This document shows positions 1 through 8,648 of a stretch of DNA of 64,000 nt, piece after piece (within the stretch, counting starts at the first letter, position 1; each line of letters begins with the position of its first letter). A model generated the notes under the pieces. That model was not told the DNA's origin, made no database searches, and saw only the letters and a list, made by a program, of their open reading frames with translations. This stretch comes from an uncultured virus (IMG/VR IMGVR_UViG_3300042400_001066) (taxonomy: Duplodnaviria > Heunggongvirae > Uroviricota > Caudoviricetes): IMG/VR virus record IMGVR_UViG_3300042400_001066; one strand, written 5' to 3'. Position numbers and translations under genes: made by a program.

Positions 1-32
1 ATGGGTTGGACAATGCTAATAATAAATAAATA

Positions 33-797
33 ATGACTAAGCAAAAAATTATAGACCTTTTTGGGTATAAAGCAGGAAGAAAGTTATATAACTTACTATA
101 TAGTAGTTGTGCTAATTTTTGCTGCATGATTAAAAATTGCTTAGGGATAAGTTCTTCAGGAAACATAGCTCTATATTTAAATCAACAAGGAGACTGGATA
201 CCAGCTTCAGGGCCTCAAGGACCACAGGGTCCACAAGGACCTCAAGGTATTCAGGGAATACAAGGTGTTCCAGGACCTGTAGGTATGCCAGGATTATTTG
301 CACAAACTGGTAATAGTACTATAATTACAGGAACAACAGTAGAAAGTTCTTTAATTAACGGAGGTGTGGGTACTTTAAGTGTACCTGCAAATGGATTTCA
401 AGTTGGTGATAGCTTTAGAGCTATTTTTGCTGGTGTTATGAACGCAGCAAATAACCAAACTATAAGAATAAGAGTAAAAACAAATGGAACTATACTATTA
501 GATAGTGGTGTACAGGCTTTGACAAACTCAATTATAAATGATGTCTGGAGTTTAAATATTGATTTTACGATTAGACAAATAGGCGGTGCAACTGTAGCAT
601 CTATAGTTTCACTTGGCTCATTTCATTATATTAAAACTTCTAATGCATCAACTCAAGGCTTTGCATTTAATGTAATCAATAATACCACGTTCAATACGAC
701 AATAAACAATACATTAGACGTTACTGTTCAATGGGGTTCCAATAATGCAGGTAATAATATTTATAGTGATATATTTATATTAAACAAAACATATTAA
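33..797 (+). CDS. Tail fibre-like protein with short collagen (Gly-X-Y) repeat
   Basis: 254 aa ORF. Nine GXY triplets (GPQGPQGPQGPQGIQGIQGVPGPVGMP, ~210-290) and a beta-rich C-terminal domain. The N-terminal ~55 aa is paralogous to the next ORF. Confidence 0.65.
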   Translation: MTKQKIIDLFGYKAGRKLYNLLYSSCANFCCMIKNCLGISSSGNIALYLNQQGDWIPASGPQGPQGPQGPQGIQGIQGVPGPVGMPGLFAQTGNSTIITGTTVESSLINGGVGTLSVPANGFQVGDSFRAIFAGVMNAANNQTIRIRVKTNGTILLDSGVQALTNSIINDVWSLNIDFTIRQIGGATVASIVSLGSFHYIKTSNASTQGFAFNVINNTTFNTTINNTLDVTVQWGSNNAGNNIYSDIFILNKTY

Positions 798-810
798 AAA
801 AGTTAAATAA

Positions 811-1362
811 ATGAACAGATTAAGTAGAGCAGATATTTTAACAATGTTTGGGTACAAAGCAGGTACCAAACTATACAATTTATTATACAGCAGTTGTGCT
901 AACTTTTGTTGTATAATTAAAAATTGTTTAGGTATTTCTAGTGGAGGAAATGCAGGTTTAGTTTTAAATCAACAAGGAAATTGGGTTACTGCAGGTGGTG
1001 GAAGTAGTCAAATTGAAATACAAAGTGCTGCAAGTGATGAATTAACTCCTTTAACCTCTGGAGTATCAAAAGTTACTTTTAGAGCTCCAAGTGCATTTAC
1101 TTTGACAGGAGTTCGTGCTTCACTTACAACTGCTCAGGGATCTGGAAGTATTTTTACTGTAGATATAAATCAAAACGGAAGTTCTTTATTAAGTACTAAG
1201 TTAACAATAGATAATACAGAAAAAACAAGTGTAACCGCTGTAACTCCTGCTGTAATATCTACAAGTGCAATAATTAACGATGCTGAAATTACTGTAGATA
1301 TTGACCAAATAGGAAATGGAACTGCTACAGGTTTAAAAATAACTTTAATAGGTACTAGATGA
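811..1362 (+). CDS. Tail fibre/appendage-associated protein
   Basis: 183 aa. N-terminus is nearly identical to ORF 33-797 (FGYKAGxKLYNLLYSSCANFCCxIKNCLGISS). C-terminal beta-sandwich ends ITVDIDQIGNGTATGLKITLIG. Confidence 0.55.
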   Translation: MNRLSRADILTMFGYKAGTKLYNLLYSSCANFCCIIKNCLGISSGGNAGLVLNQQGNWVTAGGGSSQIEIQSAASDELTPLTSGVSKVTFRAPSAFTLTGVRASLTTAQGSGSIFTVDINQNGSSLLSTKLTIDNTEKTSVTAVTPAVISTSAIINDAEITVDIDQIGNGTATGLKITLIGTR

Positions 1363-2891
1363 TAATTAATCCTTATTTTTTTGGAGTTTCTTTAGACCCA
1401 GACGCTCAAGCATTTCTAACTGCTGCTGCAATTACTAACCCTACTATTTCAGTAGCTATTAATACTTTAGTAGTTCAAATGAAAGCTAATAACATATGGT
1501 CTAAAATGAAAGCGATTTATCCATTTGTAGGTGGCACTGCTAGCACTCATAAGTTTAATTTGAAAGACCCAAGAAATTTAGATGCTGCCTATAGATTAGT
1601 ATTTAGTGGTGGTTTAACTCATAATTCTACAGGTATTTTAGGAAATGGTGTAAATGGAAGTTTTAATACATTTTTAAACCCATCAACAACGTTTACATCT
1701 TTAACAGGTGCAAGTTTATTTGTTTATGTAAGAAACAACACTGTTACAGGACAGGATTTTGGAGCTTTTCAATCAGTTGTAAATTATAGATTTTCAATTA
1801 CTAGTAGAGCAACAGGAAATTTAGCTTATGCATCACCTTGTAGTACAAATTTTATTCAAGAATCTAACTTAAATTCTCTTGGTTTTTGGGGTTCAACTAG
1901 ACCTCCTTCATCAAATACATATTTTTTGATAAAAAATGCTTCATTTAGTTCAAACACAGGTGCTTTTTTAGCACCAAATACTAATGTCATTGGACTTTCA
2001 CTTCCTTTTATAGGTCAATTTTCAGACCGTCATTTAGCATTTTCTTGTATTGCTGATGGTTTAACAACTTCTGAATCAGAAACATTAAGAACAGCGGTAC
2101 AAAATTTCCAAACTACATTAGGTCGCTCAATAGGTACTCAAACAGTAAGTGATGCAGATGCTCAAGCATTCGTAACAAACGCTGCTATAGTTGACCAAGT
2201 AGAAGCTAATGCAGTTAACAAGTTAGTAATTGATATGAAAGCGGCTGGAGTATGGAGTAAAATGAAAGCAATATATCCTTTTGTGGGTGGAAGTGCTAGT
2301 AGTCATAAGTTTAACTTGAAAGACCCAAGAGATTTAAATGCTGCGTTTAGGTTAGTATTTAATGGTGGTTGGACACATTCAAGTAACGGTGCTCAGCCTA
2401 ATGGAACAAATGGGTTTGCTGATACGTTTTTAGTACCTTCAACATCATTATCAGCAAGTTCACTTCACTTTTCTAAATATAATAGAAATAATGATTTAGT
2501 AGGTAATAAAATTGATGGTGCTGTATCTAATTTTACTGATTTCTTACAACAAAATTATTCAGCAGGTAATGCTGTTATTGGAACTATTGCTTCTTTGGCT
2601 TCATATACTCAAACGGACACAAGAGGATTATTTACAGCAACAAGAACAGCAAGTAATTTGATTAAAGTATTTAGAAATTCAAGTTCAATAGCAACAAATA
2701 CAACTACAATATCTATATTACCTAATGTAAATTTATTTATTGGCGCAAGATGTGATGGTTTTGCACAAAGTTTTTTTAACTCTTACCAATGCGCATTCTC
2801 AAGCATAGGAGACGGTCTATCCGACACAGAAGCAGCTAATCTATATACAGCAGTACAAAATTTCCAAACCACTTTAAATCGCCAAGTTTAA
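1359..2891 (+). CDS. Putative virion receptor-binding/lectin-like protein with tandem duplicated domain
   Basis: 510 aa with two ~250-aa repeats, each starting DxDAQAF and containing WSKMKAIYPFVGG..HKFNLKDPR.L.AA.RLVF.GG. Overlaps the previous stop (ATGA). Confidence 0.55.
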   Translation: MIINPYFFGVSLDPDAQAFLTAAAITNPTISVAINTLVVQMKANNIWSKMKAIYPFVGGTASTHKFNLKDPRNLDAAYRLVFSGGLTHNSTGILGNGVNGSFNTFLNPSTTFTSLTGASLFVYVRNNTVTGQDFGAFQSVVNYRFSITSRATGNLAYASPCSTNFIQESNLNSLGFWGSTRPPSSNTYFLIKNASFSSNTGAFLAPNTNVIGLSLPFIGQFSDRHLAFSCIADGLTTSESETLRTAVQNFQTTLGRSIGTQTVSDADAQAFVTNAAIVDQVEANAVNKLVIDMKAAGVWSKMKAIYPFVGGSASSHKFNLKDPRDLNAAFRLVFNGGWTHSSNGAQPNGTNGFADTFLVPSTSLSASSLHFSKYNRNNDLVGNKIDGAVSNFTDFLQQNYSAGNAVIGTIASLASYTQTDTRGLFTATRTASNLIKVFRNSSSIATNTTTISILPNVNLFIGARCDGFAQSFFNSYQCAFSSIGDGLSDTEAANLYTAVQNFQTTLNRQV

Positions 2892-2902
2892 ACATAAATA
2901 AT

Positions 2903-3118
2903 ATGATATTAGTAGGACTTTTAACAGAAACACAAAAAGAACAATTAGTAGGACAGTGGTATGAAACAGACAGTTTTTTTAACCCAATACAAGACATTAA
3001 TGATAATTGGGTTATATCTATTGAAGAGATGCATGATTGCGTAAATCCTGACTTTATGTGGGTAAAAGACTTAGAGCAGATAGAATACCAACCGAAACCA
3101 ATTGAGCCTCCTTTTTAA
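2903..3118 (+). CDS. Small acidic hypothetical protein (possible tail fibre partner/chaperone)
   Basis: 71 aa ORF directly after the duplicated-domain protein with an A-rich leader. Confidence 0.55.
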   Translation: MILVGLLTETQKEQLVGQWYETDSFFNPIQDINDNWVISIEEMHDCVNPDFMWVKDLEQIEYQPKPIEPPF

Positions 3119-3159
3119 TTATTAATTAATAAAATTATATAATTTAAATATAAAAAATA

Positions 3160-3588
3160 ATGGGAAAATATTTTAATGCTTTTATAATGTCCATAATAAC
3201 TTTTTTTTCTCCTATAGCAGGATTATTATTAGCTGTTGGAGCTATGATTATTTTAGACACTATATTAGGCATTACAAAGGCTATTAAAAATGAAGGATGG
3301 GAATCTGTTACTTCAAGAAAAGCAAGTGTTATTATAAGTAAATTTTTACTTTACCAATTAACAGTAATAACATTTTTTATAATAGACTATAACTTAATAA
3401 ATGAGTTTACAAAAGTACATTATCAAAACAATTATTTATTAACTAAATTTATAACACTCTCTTTATGTTTTGTTGAAGCAAAAAGTATAGATGAAAATAT
3501 TAAATCTATATTTGGATTTTCTATTTGGACAAACCTAAAAGAAGTTTTAATGAGAACACAAGAAATAAAAAAAACTATAAAAAAATAA
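3160..3588 (+). CDS. Holin-like membrane protein
   Basis: 142 aa with three hydrophobic segments, SRK..SKFLLY and EAKSIDEN motifs resembling phage holins, and a basic C-terminus. Confidence 0.65.
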   Translation: MGKYFNAFIMSIITFFSPIAGLLLAVGAMIILDTILGITKAIKNEGWESVTSRKASVIISKFLLYQLTVITFFIIDYNLINEFTKVHYQNNYLLTKFITLSLCFVEAKSIDENIKSIFGFSIWTNLKEVLMRTQEIKKTIKK

Positions 3589-3597
3589 AATTTGACG

Positions 3598-4020
3598 ATG
3601 CAAGTTTATTTCTTAAATAGTCTTCCTGATTTTGGGCAACCATATTATATTTATTATCTTAAAACAGATGGTAAATATTATGGTTGGGATAGTCAAAATA
3701 ATAAATTTTATAATTTATCTACACCAAATATAGATGACTTAGTAGGGTTAAATTTTGACAATCTACAAGATGGAGATGTGTTATCTTATGATAGTGCTTC
3801 TCAAACATGGATTAATAAAATTCCAGAAATAGGGGTATCATATGAAAGATTAAGTGATTTCCAATTCCCATACCAATACTCAGGAAATGCTCCTTTAGAA
3901 ACACCAGAAACAAGTTCACTTTGGATAATCAACCGCATAGATTTTTCTACTCCAGGCAACCCAATCACATTACAGGCTACTGGATCGTGGACTAATAGAT
4001 ACACTTTAATATATTCATAA
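3598..4020 (+). CDS. Hypothetical virion/tail-associated protein
   Basis: ATG at 3598 (track uses TTG at 3592). Contains LQDGDVLSYDSASQTWIN, a motif typical of tail-fibre repeats, and C-terminal W..R...Y. Confidence 0.55.
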   Translation: MQVYFLNSLPDFGQPYYIYYLKTDGKYYGWDSQNNKFYNLSTPNIDDLVGLNFDNLQDGDVLSYDSASQTWINKIPEIGVSYERLSDFQFPYQYSGNAPLETPETSSLWIINRIDFSTPGNPITLQATGSWTNRYTLIYS

Positions 4021-4030
4021 ACCAAAAAAT

Positions 4031-4192
4031 ATGGAAAAAATAAACATTGTAGTAAGTCAAGATGACCAAGGTAAATTTAATCTTGTAATAAGTAAAACTA
4101 CAGAAATTCCCAATCAAGAATCCATAAAAGATAGTATTATTGAAACTGGTTTAACATTAGATGAAGTTAAAACTCTAATAAACAGACTATAA
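4031..4192 (+). CDS. Small hypothetical protein (53 aa)
   Basis: Read manually: MEKINIVVSQDDQGKFNLVISKTTEIPNQESIKDSIIETGLTLDEVKTLINRL*. It fills the gap between flanking genes and is below the track cut-off. Confidence 0.55.
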   Translation: MEKINIVVSQDDQGKFNLVISKTTEIPNQESIKDSIIETGLTLDEVKTLINRL

Positions 4193-4194
4193 CT

Positions 4195-5082
4195 ATGGCA
4201 ATAAGACACGCAGTAGCATCAGGGAATTGGAACGCAACTACAACATGGAATGGAGGTACTTTACCTACTATTGGAGATGATGTGTATGCTAATGGGTTTT
4301 CAGTAGCTATAAATCAAAACATTACAGTTGCAAAAATAACCACGGAAGTTTGCCCCTCTACTACAATAGGTGGAGGTAGTTTTACTTCTTTGGCTAATAC
4401 TATTTACACTTGTAATATTGTAGGTGGTAATAGTGTTTGTTTAATTTGTAATAATAATAACGGGCTTAATCTTAGAATTATTGGTAATGTAATTGCTATA
4501 AATGCAACTGCTATTTCCCTTGTAGCAAACGCATTTATAACACAATTAACAGGGAATGTATATGGAGGACTTTCTGTAGGTGCAATAGGAATATCAACAA
4601 GTAATGGCCCTCAAGTAAATAATATTATAGGTAATTTAATATCTAATGTTGGTCCTGCTTATGTATCATCAGGTACTAATAATGATACTATAGTAGGCAA
4701 TGTATATGCTTCATCCACTCAAGTAGGAGTTACGAATAATGGAGGGTTTACAATCACAGGAAACCTATTTAATAGCGGAGGATACATGGCCGTAAGAACC
4801 CAAAGAGTTTTTATAAATACTAATAACCAAATCCAATGGCTAGTACAAAACCAATCATCTCAAAATATTCAACTTTATAGTTCAGATTATTTTGTAGGAA
4901 TGCCTTCAAATTCAGATGTTCGTAATGGAGTAATTTACGGAGTAGGAGGATCTTTAACAGGATCACTCAAAGTTCCACCTTCAGGCTCGGTTGCAGTAGG
5001 AGTACCCGTAGATAATGGTTTTGGAACAGCTATTATATCTGTCCAAGACATGGGAGCTTTACTAGCTTCATATATAGTATAG
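4195..5082 (+). CDS. Tail fibre/spike-like beta-helical protein
   Basis: 295 aa, G/N/T/I-rich, with repeated I.GNV motifs and N-terminal AVASGNW...TW.GG.LPT.GDDV. Confidence 0.55.
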   Translation: MAIRHAVASGNWNATTTWNGGTLPTIGDDVYANGFSVAINQNITVAKITTEVCPSTTIGGGSFTSLANTIYTCNIVGGNSVCLICNNNNGLNLRIIGNVIAINATAISLVANAFITQLTGNVYGGLSVGAIGISTSNGPQVNNIIGNLISNVGPAYVSSGTNNDTIVGNVYASSTQVGVTNNGGFTITGNLFNSGGYMAVRTQRVFINTNNQIQWLVQNQSSQNIQLYSSDYFVGMPSNSDVRNGVIYGVGGSLTGSLKVPPSGSVAVGVPVDNGFGTAIISVQDMGALLASYIV

Positions 5083-5242
5083 TAAAAAATATAATATGTA
5101 TAATTATATTACAATTTATAGTATTTAAAGTGGATAAAATTACAATAAAAAGAAATAACAATTAAAAAGTAATATAATAAGATTAAAAAACTTTAACCTT
5201 ATAAAAATTTTAAAAATAAAAAAACCCTTAAAAAATAAAATT

Positions 5243-5503
5243 ATGAAATTCCTAAGAGAAATGTTTTGCGATGACAATTCAATTAATGAAAAATCTGTAA
5301 TAGGATTTTTAGCTTTCATCATGATGTCTTTATTTGCAGTGGTAGACATTGTAACAGGATATTTAGGCAAAGAGCTGATTGTAAATGAATTTATATTTAC
5401 AGCATTTGAAGTGCTTGTATTAGGTTCATTTGGAATTGCTGCAACAGAAAAAATTACTAATATTATTAAAACTAACAAAAACGAAGAAAATGAGTCTGAG
5501 TAA
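5243..5503 (+). CDS. Holin-like protein (2 TM)
   Basis: 86 aa with two hydrophobic helices and a charged tail; overlaps the endolysin start. Confidence 0.6.
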   Translation: MKFLREMFCDDNSINEKSVIGFLAFIMMSLFAVVDIVTGYLGKELIVNEFIFTAFEVLVLGSFGIAATEKITNIIKTNKNEENESE

Positions 5504-6101
5504 ATTACAAGAAAAAATTGGGGTAACTGCTGATGGAGCGTTTGGCCCTGGAACAATGAAAGCTGCTATGGCTTTTTATGGGTTTACACCTGAGAGAGCT
5601 GCACACTTTTTTGCACAAACAGCACATGAGTCTGGAAACTTTAAAGCGTTCTCTGAAAACTTAAACTATTCTGCTGACGGATTGGTAAAAATCTTTGGCA
5701 AATACTTTACAGCGGCCACTGCCCCTAAGTATGCTAGAAACCCTGAAAAAATTGCTAACAAAGTTTATTCTTCTAGAATGGGCAATGGTGACGAAGCATC
5801 AGGAGATGGCTGGAAATTTAGAGGAAGAGGAGCTCTTCAATTAACTGGTAAATCAAACTATCAAGCATTTTCAGATTATTTGAATAACCCTGATATTATG
5901 AATAACCCTGACTTAGTTGCAGGTGAGCTTTCTTTTGAGTCTGCTAAATTCTTTTTTGATAAAAACAAACTTTGGGACATATGTGATAAAGGTGTAACCA
6001 AAGAAACTATTTTAGCCCTTACTAAAAGAATAAATGGCGGAACTCATGGTTTGGCTGATAGAGAAGAAAAAACCTTTAAATATTATACATACGTTAAATA
6101 A
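5490..6101 (+). CDS. Endolysin, glycoside hydrolase family 19, with short N-terminal peptidoglycan-binding-like segment
   Basis: Motifs HFFAQTAHESGNF, ENLNYSA, GDGWKFRGRGALQLTGKSNY and TKRINGG. N-terminal LQEKIGVTADGAFGPGT. ATG at 5490 preferred over the track's TTG at 5430. Confidence 0.9.
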   Translation: MSLSKLQEKIGVTADGAFGPGTMKAAMAFYGFTPERAAHFFAQTAHESGNFKAFSENLNYSADGLVKIFGKYFTAATAPKYARNPEKIANKVYSSRMGNGDEASGDGWKFRGRGALQLTGKSNYQAFSDYLNNPDIMNNPDLVAGELSFESAKFFFDKNKLWDICDKGVTKETILALTKRINGGTHGLADREEKTFKYYTYVK

Positions 6102-6562
6102 TGAAATACATATTTATAATTCTTATTATTTTACTAGGAGTATATATGTGGCTATCACATGATAAGTTTGTTCAAAACGAAGCTATTATACAAAGACTAG
6201 AAGACAGTTTGTCTAGAAAAGTAGACACCTTGATAGTAGAAAGAGATGTGGTAAAAGACCATTACATTAAATCTAAAGAGATTGTATATAAGATAGACGA
6301 AAGATACATTGCAGGCAAAGATTCTGTTTGTGATAGCTTAGTAGTAGCCCTAAAAACATCTCTTACAAACTGTGATAAAGTAATAGTTAAATCAGATACT
6401 TTAATCAAAACCCTTCTTGTGAGAGACACAGTTAGAGTGAAACATATACAATATTTACAGGCAAGAAATAAATTTTCTTTAATAGCTGGCCCAACCCTAT
6501 CCTTTACTCCACAAGGAATACAACCTGGTGTTGGTATTGCTTTTGGGCTAAAGATAAAATAA
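6101..6562 (+). CDS. Spanin-like lysis accessory protein
   Basis: Directly follows the endolysin (TAATG overlap). N-terminal TM helix, coiled-coil-like middle, C-terminal amphipathic beta strands (GVGIAFGLKIK). Confidence 0.5.
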   Translation: MKYIFIILIILLGVYMWLSHDKFVQNEAIIQRLEDSLSRKVDTLIVERDVVKDHYIKSKEIVYKIDERYIAGKDSVCDSLVVALKTSLTNCDKVIVKSDTLIKTLLVRDTVRVKHIQYLQARNKFSLIAGPTLSFTPQGIQPGVGIAFGLKIK

Positions 6563-6567
6563 AGCTA

Positions 6568-6597
6568 TTGACAAATAAAATAAATGTTGTATATTTG
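6568..6597 (+). promoter_or_regulatory. Bacteroidota primary-sigma promoter
   Basis: TTG at 6568-6570, 19-nt spacer, TATATTTG at 6590-6597 (matches the -33 TTG / -7 TAnnTTTG consensus). Confidence 0.7.
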
Positions 6598-6601
6598 TGC
6601 C

Positions 6602-6935
6602 AAATTTATCTCACTGAGACAAATTTCTAGTGCCTGACGTTTGAGGGGAAACCCTGGTTCATAAGATTTCACTAGATAGTTTTAAATAAGTAAGGACCTC
6701 CGAGGATTAACAATTCAGATACCTTCAGGGATAGGAGAGGAAAAAATAGGATCAATGACGTAAGAACTGGGCTTCCCAGTTTCCTATTAAAATACACGAT
6801 AGTAAAGATTCCTAAGTACAGAGATGTATATGGAAATTTATGAACGAACTTACCAATAGAAACAAGATAAATGCGTTTATTGCAAAGTATATTCTGATTT
6901 CCTAGATTTTTTTTCTCGGGAGAACCCTCTATTTC
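6602..6935 (+). ncRNA. Candidate large structured non-coding RNA
   Basis: No ORF of 60 aa or more. Hairpins with GAAA, GAGA and UGCG loops plus long-range complementarity (6657-6670 with 6833-6845; 6735-6751 with 6900-6917), directly behind a consensus promoter. Confidence 0.5.
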
Positions 6936-7018
6936 TTTAAATAATATACTATAATCTTTAGTACTATTAATATGCTCTAACTATGCCCAAAAAAAATCAC
7001 AAAAAATACATTTTTTTC

Positions 7019-7047
7019 TTTGAATTAAAAAAAAAGAAGTATCTTTG
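7019..7047 (+). promoter_or_regulatory. Bacteroidota-type promoter
   Basis: TTTG at 7019-7022, 17-nt spacer, TATCTTTG at 7040-7047. Confidence 0.55.
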
Positions 7048-7083
7048 CGTGAGATAAATATAAAGATAGAGCAATTCTATCGG

Positions 7084-7124
7084 ATACCCCTTGCTGATTC
7101 CCTTTGAGCAAGGGGTATTTTTTT
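7084..7124 (+). terminator. Intrinsic terminator closing a putative ~75-nt small RNA
   Basis: 12-bp perfect stem ATACCCCTTGCT/AGCAAGGGGTAT with an 11-nt loop, followed by a T-run. Confidence 0.75.
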
Positions 7125-7154
7125 ATAAAAACTAATAAAATCATAATTTTTTTT

Positions 7155-7203
7155 TACTTTTGTGAAAAATTATGTGCAATAAATAAAAAAAGCATTACTT
7201 TTG
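7155..7203 (+). promoter_or_regulatory. Tandem -7 promoter elements upstream of the phosphoesterase/tail operon
   Basis: TACTTTTG at 7155-7162 and again at 7196-7203. Confidence 0.5.
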
Positions 7204-7219
7204 CATAAAAAATATAATA

Positions 7220-8437
7220 ATGGTAGCACAAAAAACAATAAATAGATTTTTAAGTTGGAGAGAAAATAATCAAAATTATCTACAATTTGGAAGACCGAGT
7301 AAGAAAACTTTACTTAAAAGACTTAACAGAGAAGGGTTTAACCTTTGTCCAGAAGAATTAAATTTTTTACTCAAACACTCAGGAAAAAATTCTTTTGTAA
7401 AAGAAAAAATAAATGAAGGGACTAATGTATGGGTTCCTTCGGAAATGGTAGATACAGTTAAAGAACTCAATGCCATCTACCAAGAAAGTAAAAAACTAGG
7501 ATTAGATGTGGAAGACGTAAAGCATGGGTGGTTAAAAACACAAGATGCCTCAATGTTCTTCACTAATCCTTTATATAAGAAAAAAGAAGAGGATGGCTTC
7601 TATAATGAACTAATAGAAGATTTACAAAGTTTTTCTCCTTCTTTTCCTGTCATAAAAAGAACACCTAGTAGTGAGGGCCATTTACTAATTATTGACCCTG
7701 CGGATATACATGTGGGCAAATTAGCTATGGCTTTTGAAACAGGAGATGAATATAACACTAAAATTGCAGTAGAAAGAGTTTTAAAAGGAGTACAAGGTAT
7801 TTTAGACAAGACATCAGGATTTAATATTGACCAAATTCTTTTTGTAGGCGGTAATGATATTTTACATATTGATACTCCAAAAAGAATGACTACTTCTGGT
7901 ACTCCTCAAGATACAGATGGAATGTGGTATTCTAATTTCTTGGTAGCCAAGCAGTTGTATGTAGATGTATTAATGATGTTAATGCCAGTGGCAGATGTTC
8001 ATTTCACATTTAACCCATCGAACCATGACTACACTAATGGCTTCTTTTTAGCGGATGTTATTAAAACATACTTTAAAGATTGCAAAAATATAACATTTGA
8101 TTGTTCTATTGCACACAGAAAGTATTATAAGTATTATAACAACTTAATAGGAACAACTCATGGAGATGGAGCTAGACAAGCAGATTTGCCATTATTAATG
8201 GCACATGAAAGTAAAGATTGGAGCGATTGTAAGCATAGGTATATTTATACGCACCATGTGCACCATAAAACTGCTAAAGACCATATAGGAGTTACAATTG
8301 AAAGTTTAAGAAGCCCTAGTGCTTCAGATAGCTGGCACCATCGAAATGGGTATACAGGAGTACCAAAGGCGATAGAAGGGTTTATTCACCACAAAGAATT
8401 TGGACAAGTGGCAAGGTTAACTCACATATTTATATAA
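7220..8437 (+). CDS. Calcineurin-like metallophosphoesterase
   Basis: 405 aa with ordered motifs ADIHVG, GGND, SNHD, THGD and HHVHH, plus an N-terminal extension. Confidence 0.85.
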   Translation: MVAQKTINRFLSWRENNQNYLQFGRPSKKTLLKRLNREGFNLCPEELNFLLKHSGKNSFVKEKINEGTNVWVPSEMVDTVKELNAIYQESKKLGLDVEDVKHGWLKTQDASMFFTNPLYKKKEEDGFYNELIEDLQSFSPSFPVIKRTPSSEGHLLIIDPADIHVGKLAMAFETGDEYNTKIAVERVLKGVQGILDKTSGFNIDQILFVGGNDILHIDTPKRMTTSGTPQDTDGMWYSNFLVAKQLYVDVLMMLMPVADVHFTFNPSNHDYTNGFFLADVIKTYFKDCKNITFDCSIAHRKYYKYYNNLIGTTHGDGARQADLPLLMAHESKDWSDCKHRYIYTHHVHHKTAKDHIGVTIESLRSPSASDSWHHRNGYTGVPKAIEGFIHHKEFGQVARLTHIFI

Positions 8438-8441
8438 CAGT

Positions 8442-8636
8442 ATGGGGCCTTTTTTTTATTCTACAGGAGGTACTATAAATAACAACCAAACCAATGTTGA
8501 TATGGGAGAAAACAGTATAAATCTAATATCAATTTATAGATACTTTATTTCCCATCCTTCATGCCAATTTAGAAATATGCCTTATCAAATTTTTGCAACA
8601 AGTTATAAAAATTGGTTAGAAGCTAAGTATAATTAA
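8442..8636 (+). CDS. Small hypothetical protein
   Basis: 64 aa ORF tightly packed between neighbouring genes. Confidence 0.5.
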   Translation: MGPFFYSTGGTINNNQTNVDMGENSINLISIYRYFISHPSCQFRNMPYQIFATSYKNWLEAKYN

Positions 8637-8648
8637 AAATAAAACATT

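Noticed and set aside
5140..5556. 138-aa minus-strand ORF
   Set aside because: It is antisense to the holin and endolysin and runs through an AT-rich spacer; the composition is implausible.
6563..7219. CRISPR array, tmRNA or RNase P RNA in the long intergenic region
   Set aside because: There are no regularly spaced direct repeats, no tRNA-like ends, and no GAGGAAAGUCC core.
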